64,000 bases of DNA from Azolla caroliniana (GCA_043228905.1 JBHGNT010000005.1:4960001-5024000), one strand, 5' to 3'; positions 40,601 through 55,100 are shown, counted from the stretch's first letter. Numbers and translations: made by a program. The notes: generated by a model not told the origin, from the sequence alone.

Positions 40601-42233
40601 GGAAGTTTTGAAAGGTAAAGAGAGTATGAGTGAGCGATGTGCCACCAATGTGATTTGCTATTGACATTTGTGAACTGTAGAGGATTTCCTTTGTCACCAA
40701 AAATGCTCACAAAGAAAGTATTGCTTTCTACGAGCATCTATTCATTTGAGTAACTCATCTTTGTAAGAAACAATTTCAACACACTATCCCAATCACTTTC
40801 ATTTGGTACAAACAAGCAATCCTTTCACACTATGGTGGAGCAAAACTTTATTACTTTATGAGCATTTCTTGGTTTCAAAGAAAATGTTCTAACACTTTAC
40901 AGATGTCGATAGCAAATCATAGTGGTGGCACATAGTTCACTCATACTCTCTTACCTTTCAAAACTTCCTCTTTCTATACAATGAACTGGTCAAAACAAAC
41001 AATGACATTTGTTCCACTTGAAATATATTCTCGATTGTGCACAAATTGGTTGGGTTAAATGTAGAAAAAGGAATCAACTTTTGCTTCTCTCATCTCCTAA
41101 TGCCTAATTTGATTTTGTGTATGCATTGATGAAGTTTTGCTTCATTTTAGAGAGAAAAATTCCATTAGCTCCACATCAACGTTGAGATCAACTATTTCAT
41201 TTTTACATGGTTCTCCCAAATTTATTTTATTTTTTATGGTTTCATTCATAACCTTCAAAGTCATAGGGGGGAATTTTTTATGCCAATCTTGTTACATGTA
41301 CCCGATATGTTGAAATAAGATTTGTTTTGAGTTGCATTGATCTTTGCCATATTAATAGTCCTTTGTAATAGGCCAACTTCTTGCATGTAACAAAATGCTA
41401 TTTTATGTTTTTTATGATGTTTGGATCACTTTGGATAAGTTTTGGCTCTATGTTTTTCTCTCTAAGAGTTCATGAGGACTTTTGTGCATCTTGTCTAGAT
41501 AGTAGACTACTTGTTTTGTCATAAAATGTCAAGATTGTGAGATTAATTTTGGCCTTTAGGTATGTAATTGGGGAAATTTCCATCTCTTTGAGGGTTGTTT
41601 GATGAGGACTTCCTATCTAAATATTATGACCCTAAGTGGATTTGCCCTCAAAACAATGCCTAATATCACATACTTAGTCTTGACAAGTGGCACATGTCTG
41701 AATGTAGTTTGAAGAAAAGAAGTGGTTTGTCCATAAGTGTCTAGTCCATGTTGGGACAATTTACACAACTGTGATAAAAACAATGTGTTCATTTTACATC
41801 TAAATATTAGTATGATTGTGTCTTCCATGTAACATACATGTTTTGCAATCTTCAACATAGGTATGTTAGGATCACAATGTACATGTATGAAGGTTAATGA
41901 TATTTTGTTTTTATCAAGGTTTGTGAGTTGCCAATTAGAGGCGCCTAAAATTAACTACTAGAATATGTGTTTAAAATATGCTACAAATTTAACAAGTAAA
42001 ACATGATCAAATTTGTTCAAGGGAAGCTTTTTGTTGTGACGTGTAATTTAATAAATGAAATATAATATTACAATACGAAGGTACACTACAATACACTATC
42101 CAAAAAAGAGTGAAATATTCTTTAAGGTTTTGACACCAATGGCCACTTTATACATTAGTATATAACCACCAATATGTAACAAAAGCAATAAGCCATAAAG
42201 ATTGAATTACCACAATCCTAGTATGTATGTATG

Positions 42234-42264
<31 letters not shown>

Positions 42265-44651
42265 TAGTCTATTGAACAATACAAAGTATTTAATGTTTCA
42301 ATATTGTGCATATGCTAATCATCCTTACAAGTGGGATATATAGGAGCAAACTAACATAATACCTCACCGTGTGAGAATAATTACTCTTCATCACGTCCAT
42401 TGTAAATTAATATGGGCATGAACCAATAAGACCTTGATCTTTCTATGTTTTTCTATTTGTAGTTGGAGATATGACTAAGAAAGTTGCAAATTCACATCAT
42501 GTTGTGCATTAAGTTTGATCTACATAAGTGGTTTCATATTCACAAGGTTTTGATCCTACCATGGCCTACACGTCGAACTTCAAAGCCTTTTCAAGGTGAT
42601 TCTTGCATGGTCCTTATCAAAGAGGGGAAAAACAATTGTATCTCATATTAAATCCATCATCTCAATATGCCAAAAAGCTATGAAGAAAGGTCCTTAATTA
42701 TGTCTTCTATAGTAGGAATTATTAAGTTTGTTGTACCTTGAAGCCCCACAAAGAGTTATTATATGGATTGGAAATGGTGTTTCAAAAAGTACCTTCTATG
42801 CTGCGTGGTCAAATATCATAACCGACACTATTACTCTATGTCACATTCAGCAATCGTTCTCACTTTGTAAAGAACTTTTTTCCATTGTTGATTTAATTCA
42901 ACTATTTTTCCTACAAATGATCACACATTTATGAAGGATGGGTTCCAGGCTAGATAAAATCTGGATATTATAGTACTTCTTTGTGTCACATGAATGAGTT
43001 TGTAGCAAATATTTCCAATAGTTTATGTGAAGAATTAACAATGCCTTAATGAATTATGTTCAGACGCGCAAGTTGTTATTTTGAAGTTTGCCCAAGGAAA
43101 GGAATAAAGACAATGCAACAACGATATTTTAAATGTTTGCAAATAAAAATTTGAAAGTATCTTTACATAACATAGCTCCATCAACTCACACTCCAACTCG
43201 AAATGATAAATAATTCCAACCCGTTATACAAACAAATTGATTTATATGGAAAAACTAAGTTGTTGCCAGAGCTATTACCAATTGGAAATAAATGACATTA
43301 TCAACATCATAGATCATTCAAGAAATTTCATTTACAATGATATGGAACGACCTTCCTCATGTTTTCAACCATGATGCTTTCCAGTTGCAATGATATACCA
43401 TCTAGGGCTAACACCTTGTTAGATACATGATATGTTTGTGATATGCATGAGATTTGTGGCATCAAGGGAAGGTTTCTCATCGTTCCTTTTGCTACTTTTG
43501 GCCATGTCAAATGTTATTATCATTGGTTTTTGGTGGAATCATAATATTTTGCTTGTCAATAAAAGGCTATGCAACATTTAAGTTAGTGGGACAAATAATA
43601 GATTTTATGTTGGATTCATAGTACATCACATATGCAAAGTGTTTCTCCTAGTTATAAGCCTTTCATGTCAAAAGACCACTCACATTTTGCGAAGGAAGAC
43701 TTTAAGTTGAAGAATCATAATCTTTTACTTCAATTTTTTGCCTTATGTTGGAGATGGGTAAGAAGGCAAGAATAAACTTGAGAATATTCTATTTGATAGT
43801 AGTAATTGAGGAAAGGTGTCAATCCAATCATAATTTACCCGGTTTTTATAAATGGCAATACCCCGTACACCTCATATCCAAACATTGGTTACAAGAGTGG
43901 GACCCATATGAAACTTCTTATTCTTTTGAAAATAAAGAATAAAAATGAACGATCATAGTCATTCACATGACAATATGGTTGTGATGAAATTTAGACTTTG
44001 AATGCAAGGCAAAGACATGCATTTGTTGGAATCAAAACAACCATTTGAAAAAATGACAGTAATCAATGAATAAAAATACATTCAAATGTCTCTCACCTTT
44101 GGCTCATATGAGTTGAAGATACCTCTTTGGTATGTATTTACAAGTTTCTATCTTTTGGTGGAAGTGTGGTTGGCACAATTGAGAATGTAGTGAAATCTTT
44201 TCGAAATGTATATAAATTTCAACTTGTTTATCATGTTTGGCTTGGTTACTTCTTGCTTTGTAAACACAAGAAGAAGATACCTTCCTATAAATTAATCAGA
44301 AAACATATGTTCCCCATTATGTGAGTGTGCATTGATAAACCAATGGAAAGTAGGCCAAAGGATGTTGCACTTGGACTCATTCACATGATAATCCTACGCA
44401 TAATAGCAATTAGGATTCCCTCAAGACAGAAGCATCTTTGACAATATCGTCCTTTTTGGGAGATGATTGCATTTACTCAACATCACAAACTGGTATGGTT
44501 GTCATACGAATGGCATGATGCTCTTTGTTAAAGGAATTTCTACATACAGGTGTATTTTTTATTTCCATATTCAACAGGATAAAAAATTGCAGCCTTATAC
44601 ACCCTCAGATAATTTACTACAAAACCTACTCGTTGTTCCAGTTAGGGTGAT
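31653..44651 (+). repeat. Copy 2 of ~13-kb duplication, starting directly at the scaffold gap
   Basis: Starts agtctagggtttcgatcacc as at 18140 and ends ccagttagggtgat as at 31166; scattered SNPs and small indels. Confidence 0.97.
36366..38456 (-). CDS. DCD domain protein, NRP/B2-like, copy 2
   Basis: Same exon structure as copy 1; visible substitutions QKLQ->QKFQ and NSATE->NSTTE. Confidence 0.93.
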
Positions 44652-45706
44652 TGCCAAAACTGGTAAGAAATGGTTATTGGATCCACAACCGTCAATAACT
44701 CATTTGTGGGATATGTTTTGGTTATATGCACGACAACCAGTTAATAGGCTAATGTGGAACCCAAGGGGGATGGTTCTGGACTAGTCCCATGATGGATCCA
44801 ATGCAGAAAGTTCCGTTCTTTCAGTATACTGTAAAATTTGGTAGAACCTTACTCATGTCTAAGAATATTCCAACTCCAGCGGCTCAAAAGCATTGGAGTA
44901 CGTGGGGTGTTTCAAGCAATCATTTGAAGGCTGATTGGAAATGGATTTGGTCTTTTAGGGGACCAACAAAATACATTCTCTTCAAATGGCTTTTAATACA
45001 TGCAACACTACCAGTAGGTCAGTCATTGAAAGGAAATGTGGCAACCGTTCTTAGACAATGTAGTTATTGCGGTGACTTGCAGGAAACTACAACGCATGCT
45101 CTCTGGTCCTGTTCACTAGCCCAACAGGTATGGCATAAAGTTCTTTCTTTATCCTGACAATTAATGCAAGTTGCCTCTTCTCTAGGTATCAACGGTATAG
45201 GGGGTTCTCCATTCCACTCTCTTATTATATGAGGCAAGATACTCTAGAGGCTAAGACAGTCATCAACACTCATCTAATATCTGTCTCCCCTTTTTAGCAA
45301 CCTCGAAAGCAAATGTGTGCAACCCATGTATGGAAAACAATATCTACAATTACATTATGGACCTTATGGAAGTATCGTTGTAAAAGACGATATGATTCCA
45401 TAATTTCCCTTCTCTCAGATATATTGTCGGAATTATCGAAGAGCTTATTGGCGGTAGTGTGTGGGCAATATGACAATATGTTAGGCTCTTCGGAGGTTGT
45501 TCTTAAGAAAAGGAAAAAATGACTGCAATTATGGAGGAAGTTGCCTCTATTCACGGTTTCCTCTCAAGGATCAATCTGGAAATATCATCACCCTTGGCCC
45601 TTGCCCTGATCATCCTTTTTGTATATAACACTCTCTAATTGTACATTTTGTAGCCTTCCGACGTTTTTCTTAATATGAAGGAAATCTTTTTGGAAAATAA
45701 AATAAA
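44652..45706 (+). mobile_element. 5'-truncated, degenerate L1-like LINE: 3' end of ORF2 with zf-RVT region and A-rich tail
   Basis: WKWIWSFRGPTKYILFKWLLIHATLP...CSYCGDLQETTTHALWSCSLAQQVW followed by TLWTLWKYRCKRRY. Several stops and frameshifts; aaaataaaataaaa at ~45693. Confidence 0.88.
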
Positions 45707-47317
45707 ATTCTTCGCATAATAGAATACGCTTGATATTTCTTCACATGATAGAATACACTTGCTTCTTTGAGACTATAAAGGGTCTTTTATCATGTCACTT
45801 TGTTTCCTTTAGCCTTATGGTGACATAATAAGGCTAATCATCTTAAAAGAATCCAAATATTATTTGGAACTAGGAAATACTCACAAAGTAATAAAGTTAA
45901 GCTCTACCACAATTTGAAACTCATAGACCATTTTTAGCAAGCTAATCATCTTATAAGAATCGATCTAAACCATGTGCAAGTCTCATACATGTTTTAACGA
46001 GCTTAGAGCATTTAATACAAGCTAGCGAACTCAAAGACATAAAAATAGTAGTTTCTTGTGCATGTGTGTTCATTGATTATTTGAAAACAATCATCGATAT
46101 CAAAGAATAAAGTACTATAACACAACTTATAGGGATAAAATGACAACATTGGGAGAATATGGATCATACACACCCTTTGTATACTTGAGTGCTCAATAGA
46201 TCATTCAGAACCATCATCATACTCTGCAGGTGTATTGTACACACATGCATCTCCAACAACAAAAAACAAAGGAAATACTTAATGTAAGTAGAACTAACTG
46301 ATATTGTCGACTCTCGAGGATGGACTAAGAAAGGGAAGTTCTGTCAATGAAAAGGGGTTTCTAGCCTAATTAATATTGGTCATCATTTCACATGCTCCTT
46401 CTCGAAATCCCACTTTGTTTTCCATTTGTCGATGGGCATACATGAAATACTATGAGAAGCTTGTTATTTTCTTTGTACAATTTCACATTCTCTTGAAATA
46501 CTTCAATTGCATTGAGCGACGAGCCAACGGTATAGATAATTGTATGTAATGACAGATCACAACCAATGCTCCAATACTTGTGGCAGAAAAGAATTCCGCT
46601 TCAATGTTGGGAAGTAATATTCCAACAGTTTTGTATGTTTATCGTTACTAGTATGAATATGACCTATGTAATGAAGTATGGAACTCTGATCGTAAGAATC
46701 AACCTCTAAGTGTGTACCTTTGTAGTAATTTTATAAAGCTTTACATACTCTCGTTCGGATTAGGTTGACATCAATTACGATGCTAATGCAAATAAGCCCC
46801 CGTTTCAAAACCATAGATGAGAATTCCATTTCATATGACTCCTCCCCTAACTTGTAATTGAGCATTGGCTAGTGTGTTGTAAAATTAGCACTTATCCATA
46901 CTTCCAAACAAATTCTAGGCAAGCAACCAAATAACTACATTATGTTATTTCCAAAAATCCTTTACAATATTCCCATGGCTTGTTTATTGAAAATTACAAG
47001 GATTATTTGCCGCACTAATCTAGATAGTTAAAAACACAAACATCATGGGCATTTGTTGTCTCAATATTGTCAACCATGATTCTAGAGTCGTCGAAGAGGT
47101 TTAACACGTGGGGAAACCAAAAACAAATTAACAAAGTCTTTGTGATGTTGATTCCTATGTGCTGGCCTTCCTCTCTTGCCCATAGTAAGATCATGCGCAA
47201 CATCGCAAGAAATTTCCGATATGTTTGCTCTCTAGTCATGAACCTTTTATCAAACTCAGATCATTTGACTCATGAATTCTGATTGAAAACAGGAAATTTG
47301 GTTTAGCGCATAAAACG

Positions 47318-47391
47318 CGCTCCAGGGAGGGTTTGAACCTCCGACCTTATGGTTAACAGCCATACGCTCTAACCAACTGAGCTACTAGAGC
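47318..47391 (-). tRNA. trnN-GTT: tRNA-Asn (GTT), 74 nt
   Basis: GCTCTAG-TAGCTCAGTTGGTTAGAGC-G-TATGG-CTGTTAA-CCATA-AGGTC-GGAGG-TTCAAAC-CCTCC-CTGGAGC-G folds into a full cloverleaf; upstream CAA and downstream TTTT Pol III terminator. Confidence 0.96.
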
Positions 47392-50051
47392 TTGTTGAGA
47401 GAGGAGTTACTGTTGAAACTATTTAAATATGTAATAGATTTTGTCGGATACTGCACTTGCTTCCGAGCAAGAACAAGAGGAAAAGGAGGCATTGATTTGT
47501 ATGACAGGAAGACTCAGATCGAGCAAGCCATGGATTGACCTGGAATTGGCGAATTGTGTGTACAGACTTGAGATTAGCCGAATGCAGACAAGTCATAATA
47601 CTTTCAATATGAGTAGTTTCTGCGATTCCCTCCCCAGGGACGAGGACCTCCTCTTTCAACAAATCCGTCCAATGCCTGATAATGCTTCAATGTCAGTCAT
47701 TCTGCCATGGAGACCGCAAACGATGCATCCAGTTTATTACCCTTTGCCATTCTCGAACACACACATGGAAGAGACGCTGCAGGAATAACTAACTTACCAC
47801 AGAAAATAAGACTATCACTAACATTCACACATGGAACTCTCCCTAGGGCTAGGACTCCCACCAAATATGTCCGGCGCCCGGTCATCGTTCCTACCATGAT
47901 GGCCATTGGTCCTATTGGTGGGACTACCACTATGAGAATGACCAAGATTCATGGGTCATGCTTGGGGAGGTCCAATACCACATGTTGGCCGACCCACCCT
48001 AGCATAAGTTGGAGCAATAGTGAATCCGACAACAAGCTCAAGAGTTTCACCTTCGCCCTAGCAGTTTCGCTTGGAGACTCAAGGTAGAGACTGTATTCAC
48101 CACCACTGTTGCATCCTTGAAAGAACCCACATAGAGGTTAGTCAACCTGGTTGCTACCTACTGAAGGAGTTGTCGAGTGAACTGAACATTTGTTCTCTTT
48201 TTTTATGTTGTCTCATTTACTCTTGTCTTTCTCATTAAGTAGCATAAAGACATTGAGTAGTTAATCGATGGTGTTGGTTGTTTAAACAATTAGATAGACA
48301 ACATATATTCACTTAGTAGTATTGTTGTTGTGAAAATGCATATAATATAGTATTACGTGTGTGAAACTCCAACATAGGGGTTTTGAACAAGGAAAGGTTT
48401 GAAACTCTTATACTCTTGTCTCACAGATAGACCGCTCTTTGATACAATTAATGATCTCTCTCTTTTCTAGCTCCTTTAATTCTTTTTTCTCTTGAATAGC
48501 CAAACCTTCACTTTTATTGCTGGTAGAGGATAATAACTAGGGGGAGACACTAGTAGAGAATATTAGTTATTAGTTTTGGGTTCCTACTAGGTCTCTTTTG
48601 AGGAACCCAGAATGAGACAATAACTAGGGGGAGACACTGGTAGAGGACATGGCAACATACATCCTATTATGTTAACCTATGTACCTTTGTTTACATTTAT
48701 AAACAATATAGAGTGTATATTATGATTGTTTTGGTGAAGTCACTAGCGAAGATACCCAAGTGAAAAAAGGGATTGGATAGACCAAAAAGAGAAAAACCCT
48801 TCTTTGGTCAACAAGCAAGTAGAAATTTAATGAAGTAGACAAACTTATATGTTATTGTAAATGAACAAGTCATGTCATCTTCATAAGCCCATTTAATATA
48901 AAGCTATAATCTTTAGTGTGTATACATTTGCCATTAAACCTCACTTAATAATTCCTATTTTCTTGAAGACATTTTCATAAAGTCTTTTTATGTGGGTACA
49001 TCTTGAGTTTTAATGTATGACATAAAACAGATGCCATATTTGATAGAAGCTTATGCAAGCATCTCCTTTTAGACGCAATCTTACCTCTTCAAGATATGAA
49101 TGTGTTTAAAACCATCACCACGTCTTTTGTGGTTTTTGAGTGTCTACTATTTAGTCAAAGAAGCATGATGTTCAAGCAACCAAAGAGAGTATAAATTATG
49201 CCATGTCATAAAGGAAAGAGTTTTGCTAACTACAAATCTTTTTAGGGTAATGCATCCTTCTAGTAAATTGAACCCAATTAAGAAAGCATATTGGCATTCA
49301 AACACATTGTGTTCCTTTCAAGTTTCTAGGTAAATATGACCATATGAGAAGGATATTAATGGTTTCTCATCAACATGCTACTAACACCAACATTTTAGCT
49401 AAATTATCTTGATTCTTGACCATGTGAAAATCACATTTACATAGTTGTGATGAAAGAAAGAGCGCGAGAGAGAGAGAGAGAGTAAAGCGATATTGATGAT
49501 ATAATTCAATTGGTAAAGTTTTTTGACATATTTGATCATGTGCCCAATCCCTATATTTCATAATAGCATCATTGAGTAGTGAGTGAAGTTAGGGAGATCA
49601 TCTAGATTCTGAACCCAAGTCATGCATCGAAGGAAAAACTTAGCTACCAAATGGGTACAAGTTACAACCCTAATACCAAAGAGAAATAGAGATAAATTAG
49701 ATTTACAATAACGAGGATTAATTTCTTAGTATAAACACACTTTTGCGTGGTCATTTCTCGTTAATGTCGGTGAACATGGCAATCTTTTTCTTGGTGGCCC
49801 GCCACCTGATCTAGTAGTACCATATTCTCGTTTTGGTGTGACATTTGCATTTGATGTTGTGTTGGCGATGCACACGTATATAAGCATGTGTGGTTGGGTC
49901 AAAACCATACATATATTTCTGGTATATTATTGTTTTAATGGAGCCACACGACAAGCATTCCAATGATGGGATTGAGATGGAGATGATGTTCTCTCATAAG
50001 CATCGTCAGCATCCATTTGATATCGATGAGGCGAAGATGGTTTTCAAGGTA

Positions 50052-50082
<31 letters not shown>

Positions 50083-50378
50083 CATCAACATCTATAGACT
50101 ACCAGACAAGAACAAAATACGACAATCAATATACTAGGGATGGTGTCATTTACTTATTATCATTTCACGTAGATACGTATCGAGTGTGTAAAAGAGCGCA
50201 TGTGTAACAGGCAATATGAAGGACAGGTTACTTGGTGGCACACATTGCCATGTGCTTTTGTTGGGACAGACAGTATCTCATGGTTATTAACCATAGGGAG
50301 ACTAAAGTTATTACATATTGGAATTGGAATGGTCATGATGATTGATGATTGATGATTGATGATCGATGAGGGATGACC

Positions 50379-50470
50379 TTCCAGAACGATCCTGCATGCA
50401 CTGGTCTTTCCTTTCTCAATCAATCGGCAGCATTTCGAGATTGTATATATATATATATATATATATATAA
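50379..50470 (+). promoter_or_regulatory. Putative heat-shock element (TTCcaGAAcgATC) and (TA)n/TATAAA box of the sHSP gene
   Basis: nTTCnnGAAn core with an imperfect third unit ~200 bp upstream of the ATG. Confidence 0.5.
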
Positions 50471-50553
50471 ACAATCCATGGATTTGAGCTTCATTTTATT
50501 CCAACAGAGAGGGACAGTACAGAGAGCGCGTGCGGCTGTGTGACAGAGAGAGA

Positions 50554-50584
<31 letters not shown>

Positions 50585-50586
50585 AG

Positions 50587-51966
50587 ATGGAGTCTCAAGC
50601 TTCTTCTTTGTTTATGGGCAGCAATGTAGCGACTCATGATGGTGTAGGTCATGTGAAGATGTCCAGTCGGGCATCTGGGACGATGGGGCTTGGATCTGGA
50701 GGCCATGGCCATACCTTGGTCTTGGTCCCCCCCAACTCTCGCCCCCGCCTCGCATGTTCATCACCATCTGTGGCAACCCGGGCTATGGCGACCACAAGCA
50801 CCAATGATGACAACCCACAGAGACCACAACAACAACAACAACAACAGAAGGATCCCACAAGCCTGTCGGCCTCCACCTCCCGTGGTGGCCGGACGCAACC
50901 GCCTATTGCCGGCATCTCCAGCCTTATCGGTACCTCCAAAAATCTTTCATGCCTCAAGTTCTTTTGTCTTTCCTCATCTAAAGAAAGCATGTAACTCTGT
51001 TTTTCCGATTCCACCTCTGTCTTGTATTGTCTGTCTCTCTTGTTTGTCTTGCTTTTGAACATTTATTTACACTTCAATTCCATGGAAATGGTTTTCTTGA
51101 GCAAAAATTAGAGGTGCTTGTTATAGTTAATAGGTCGGACTCCGGAATAAAGAACTGTAGGGATTTTTGGTTTTGGGATGCCGGAGAAAGAAAATGAGCT
51201 AACGAATGCAGCATTTTACACCTGGAGCAATGAACGGGCTTATTATGGAAAGAGATGATACCAAATTTGAACATGTTAGGGTTAGAGCTACCGTGAAAAC
51301 CAGAATTTATTAGCTCGTATTCATGTTTAATATTATGTGAGGCATGATACAAACATTAGGACACTTTCGAGGAGACAATACCTTTGTCCACCCTTCAATT
51401 GGTTTATTTACCATTTCATTGGTTTCCTAATTTGTTTACCATCAATCATCAAAGTAAAAATTATTGTAGTGCCTTATGTGATCATGTTTGGACTACTTCA
51501 TCTCTTTATTGACACTCTGTCTTTTCTTTTTCTTGTTCATCAAGATTATTGGGACCCTTTCAACTTTGGTACGAGAAGTTTGAGACAAATCATGGATACA
51601 ATGGATAAACTATTTGAAACATCCTCCATTGGTTTGCAAGACACAAGTCCATACATACGGTCACCATGGGACATCATTGAGGAGGAGGATTGTTACCATA
51701 TGCGGATTGATCTTCCTGGTTTTGAGAAAGATGAAGTTAAAGTGCAACTTGAAGAGAATGTCTTTGTGGTGCAGGCTGAGCATAAAACAACCGAGGTAAA
51801 AGATAAGTGGAGGACAAGAACCCATGGCAAATATCGTACAAGGATTGCCCTACCTGACATTGTTGATACATCGAAGATATCCGCTAAGTTAGATAAGGGT
51901 GTGTTGGATGTCTCCATTCCGAAGGTTAAAAAGGAAAAGAAATTGTTAGATGTCAAGGTGGATTGA
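50587..51966 (+). CDS. Plastid-type small heat shock protein (HSP21-like), 254 aa, 2 exons
   Basis: Exons 50587-50929 and 51545-51966. Ser/Thr-rich transit-like N-terminus, DPF..RSLRQIMDTMDKLFE Met-bristle, and alpha-crystallin domain RSPWDI...RIDLPG...GVLDVSIPK with C-terminal VKV. Confidence 0.92.
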
Positions 51967-51989
51967 GCAAGAGGTATAGAGGCATGGTG

Positions 51990-52135
51990 AATAAATGATG
52001 GTATAGTTTAGTCAACAAATAAATGATGGTATAGTTTAGTCAACAAATAAATGATGGTATAGTTTAGTCAACAAACAATAAATGGTAATCATGTATAGTG
52101 AATAAATGATGGTGTAGTTTAGACCACAAACAATA
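51990..52135 (+). repeat. 29-bp tandem repeat in the sHSP 3'UTR, each unit containing AATAAA
   Basis: aataaatgatggtatagtttagtcaacaa x3 plus a diverged copy. Confidence 0.9.
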
Positions 52136-55100
52136 GTTGGTGATGTAAAGTGCTATGAATAATGTACAGTGATAGATGTATTAGCATGTAGGAATATTAG
52201 ATACATATTGTAATCATATGTATTTGTGTGCAAACGATGTTCAATTTTCTTCTTGATTACAGTGTGGGCATTTTCATTGTTCATTTTATCATTGGATATG
52301 TTGTGCTCTGGTTGACCATTTTCTACTTTCATTTCCTTCAATTTATCATTTACATGTATCATGAAGTTGAAAAAATTGATTTTAATGTTAAGTTGTTGTT
52401 AGGATATTGATTGTTCTATGGTGCTTAGCATTCCTTTTGTCATGGTTGTGATGGCTTTGTCAATTGTATCATTAGAAGTGGTTACTTTCATTCCCTTGGT
52501 GATTAATGTTTGTTATTATATATTGTTTTGTGCCCACAACATTCCTCCTGTCATGGTTCCTGATCTTAATCCTTCATGTGAGACTTTTTACTATATTCAT
52601 GGTATTCTTGATCATAATCCTTCATGTGAGACTTTTTACTATATTCACAATTTTAATGTTGTCCTTCATTCATTGAAGGAGGTTGAGGAAGGTCATGGAG
52701 TTGATCATCAAGTTGATTACCCATGAGATAAATACAAGTGGAATGGTGTGTTCGTTTGGTGGTAGGAGTCGAGGATGTTGTGGAAAGCAACTCGATGATT
52801 AAGTAGAAGAGTGGAGATTGGTTCACTTTATTTTAAGCGCAATTGGAGTTGAAATTGGTGGTGGTTTTATTTTAATCACAAGTGGAGTTGAATATAGAGC
52901 CACTACAAGTGGATGGAGATGTTGATCAAAAGACCTTGAGTTGTGCAATTTTGAATGAGCCGCATACTACGACGACTATTATATTTCGGGAAAGGTTATT
53001 GAAGCGTGTCTCAAGTGTAAAAGAATATAAAAAATTATGATCAAACTAAAGATAATCTTTGTGGAGGCAATATCCAATGAAGCTTGGATTGAATTAGGTT
53101 AATACAAATGGAGAGTTTGTATTGAGGCAATTAACTCATGTATTTCTTTGTTCTTAGTTCCATGTTATACATTAAGATGTAGAGATATGGTTGTATGTGC
53201 TTGAGAGGGAATGTGAACGAAAAACTTAAGAGCACATATTTGATGAGCATTCATGATACACATAAAGTGGTTAAATGATCATACAAAGACATGATTCAAT
53301 AGATAAAACTAACTAATGTTTTCATTTACTCCTTCAAATGTTAGAATTTGTTTGGTTTTGATTTTGACTAATGAATTCCTTTTGTGGATAAAGTCATGGC
53401 CACAATAATTCACATGCTATTCTCCTTCTCTATATATTGTTTGTGTACAATTATGAAAATATTCACAATTCCTTGAGTTAACAAAAGAAAAATAGGTATG
53501 CTCTTAGATAGTGCCAACCAGTGTTATGGTTTAGATTGAATTGTGATATGAATTCTTTTGGGAGGCTACGTTTAAGAAATTCATTCTTGTCCACTTGCCG
53601 GTGACTTCAATGAAGAAGTTCATCCTTTTTGAAGTAGCTCAAGTGATCCATAGAATTTGGTTCTCAAAGATTCCTATTCCGTCTACACATACTATATTTC
53701 TTTTGTTATTTTGTTACTAATTATATGTTGCAAGAAGGAATTTGGAATGGACCTAATTTATTTTGAAGAAAAAAACTGACTCATTATCTCCAATATACAC
53801 CTACTATTTTTCTTTTTGCCCAAAAAGAGTATGGAAGGCAATTGGAAGGAAATCTTGTTGTGAATGGGGAAATCATTTAAAAACAAGATTGAACAAACAA
53901 GAAATATTAAAGAAGGAATATTGTGATAGGGGCTTATGTCTAGAGAGTTGACAAAATTCCAAGAAATATTGTGATATGGAGTTATGAGCCACCTATTTGT
54001 CACGAATGTAAGTGGAAATTCACAAGGTGTTGCAACTATGTATCGAGGAGATGTTGAGCGGTAATTATGGTATACTGAAGTGGGAGCATGGTATTGGTTT
54101 TTATTGCACCAAGCATCTCTTCATGAAGCAAAAGGTGGAAAAGAATTTGCCCTTTTTAGGTGACATCGTAGCATTCTTTTAAGCTAATTTAGCCCGTCTT
54201 TAAATGTATAAGGAGCATGCTATGAAAACATTGCCTTCATCCATGGGATATTATAAGCTAATAATTTCCAACTTTGGATAGAAATATGATGGAGTATGGT
54301 AATATTTCTTGTGTCTTAAAGAAGTGGCATCCACTTGAAAACAAATCCACTTTCACTTAGCATACCTCAAAGGGTGGTTCTTATTCTTGAGATCACTTTC
54401 ACGAGTCTAATAATTTCTTCCAATTTCACCTTTGCACATCTCAAGGGTGGTTCAAACAATAGCATACCATTGTTTAATCGTGAAGGCTATGTTGCAAATG
54501 ATCACGAATATTATTGAGTCCTTTTCTTTTATAGTGTGTTGCCTCATTAGGATCAAGGAATGAGAGTTTGGAAATACCAATATTATATATTTATGGTGGT
54601 ATATCATATCACACAACTTTCTCTCTTTTCCATGTTCCAAAATCTTCCTCAAATAAACATTTTTATGTCACTCAATTAAACATAATATCTCTAAACTATT
54701 AACATCTCATAATGGAACATACAGTACAACTATATTTTAAGTACTCCTATTAGTTTTGTAGCGAACTAAAGTGAATCGTGAAACCATGTAAAAGTTAGAT
54801 TATGCCTCCCCAAAAGAATTGCATATCTAGGCATTTCTCATTTACGAGACTTTTGATTATCATCTATAGCATTTCCCAACAACATTCTATGATTATTTTA
54901 ATTCTTTGCCAACTCATATAAGGGTTCTCTTCTGAACGGTTATCATGCCATATATCAAGGTATCTTTCATTAGAAAATTTTAAAATTTCTCCCGCTTGAA
55001 GTTTGTGCCACTTGGGTAGATGTGCCGACTTTTTGTATCAAGACTGAAGCCAAATTTTGATTGTACACAACTTTTTGATGCATCAATCATGCTAATTGGA

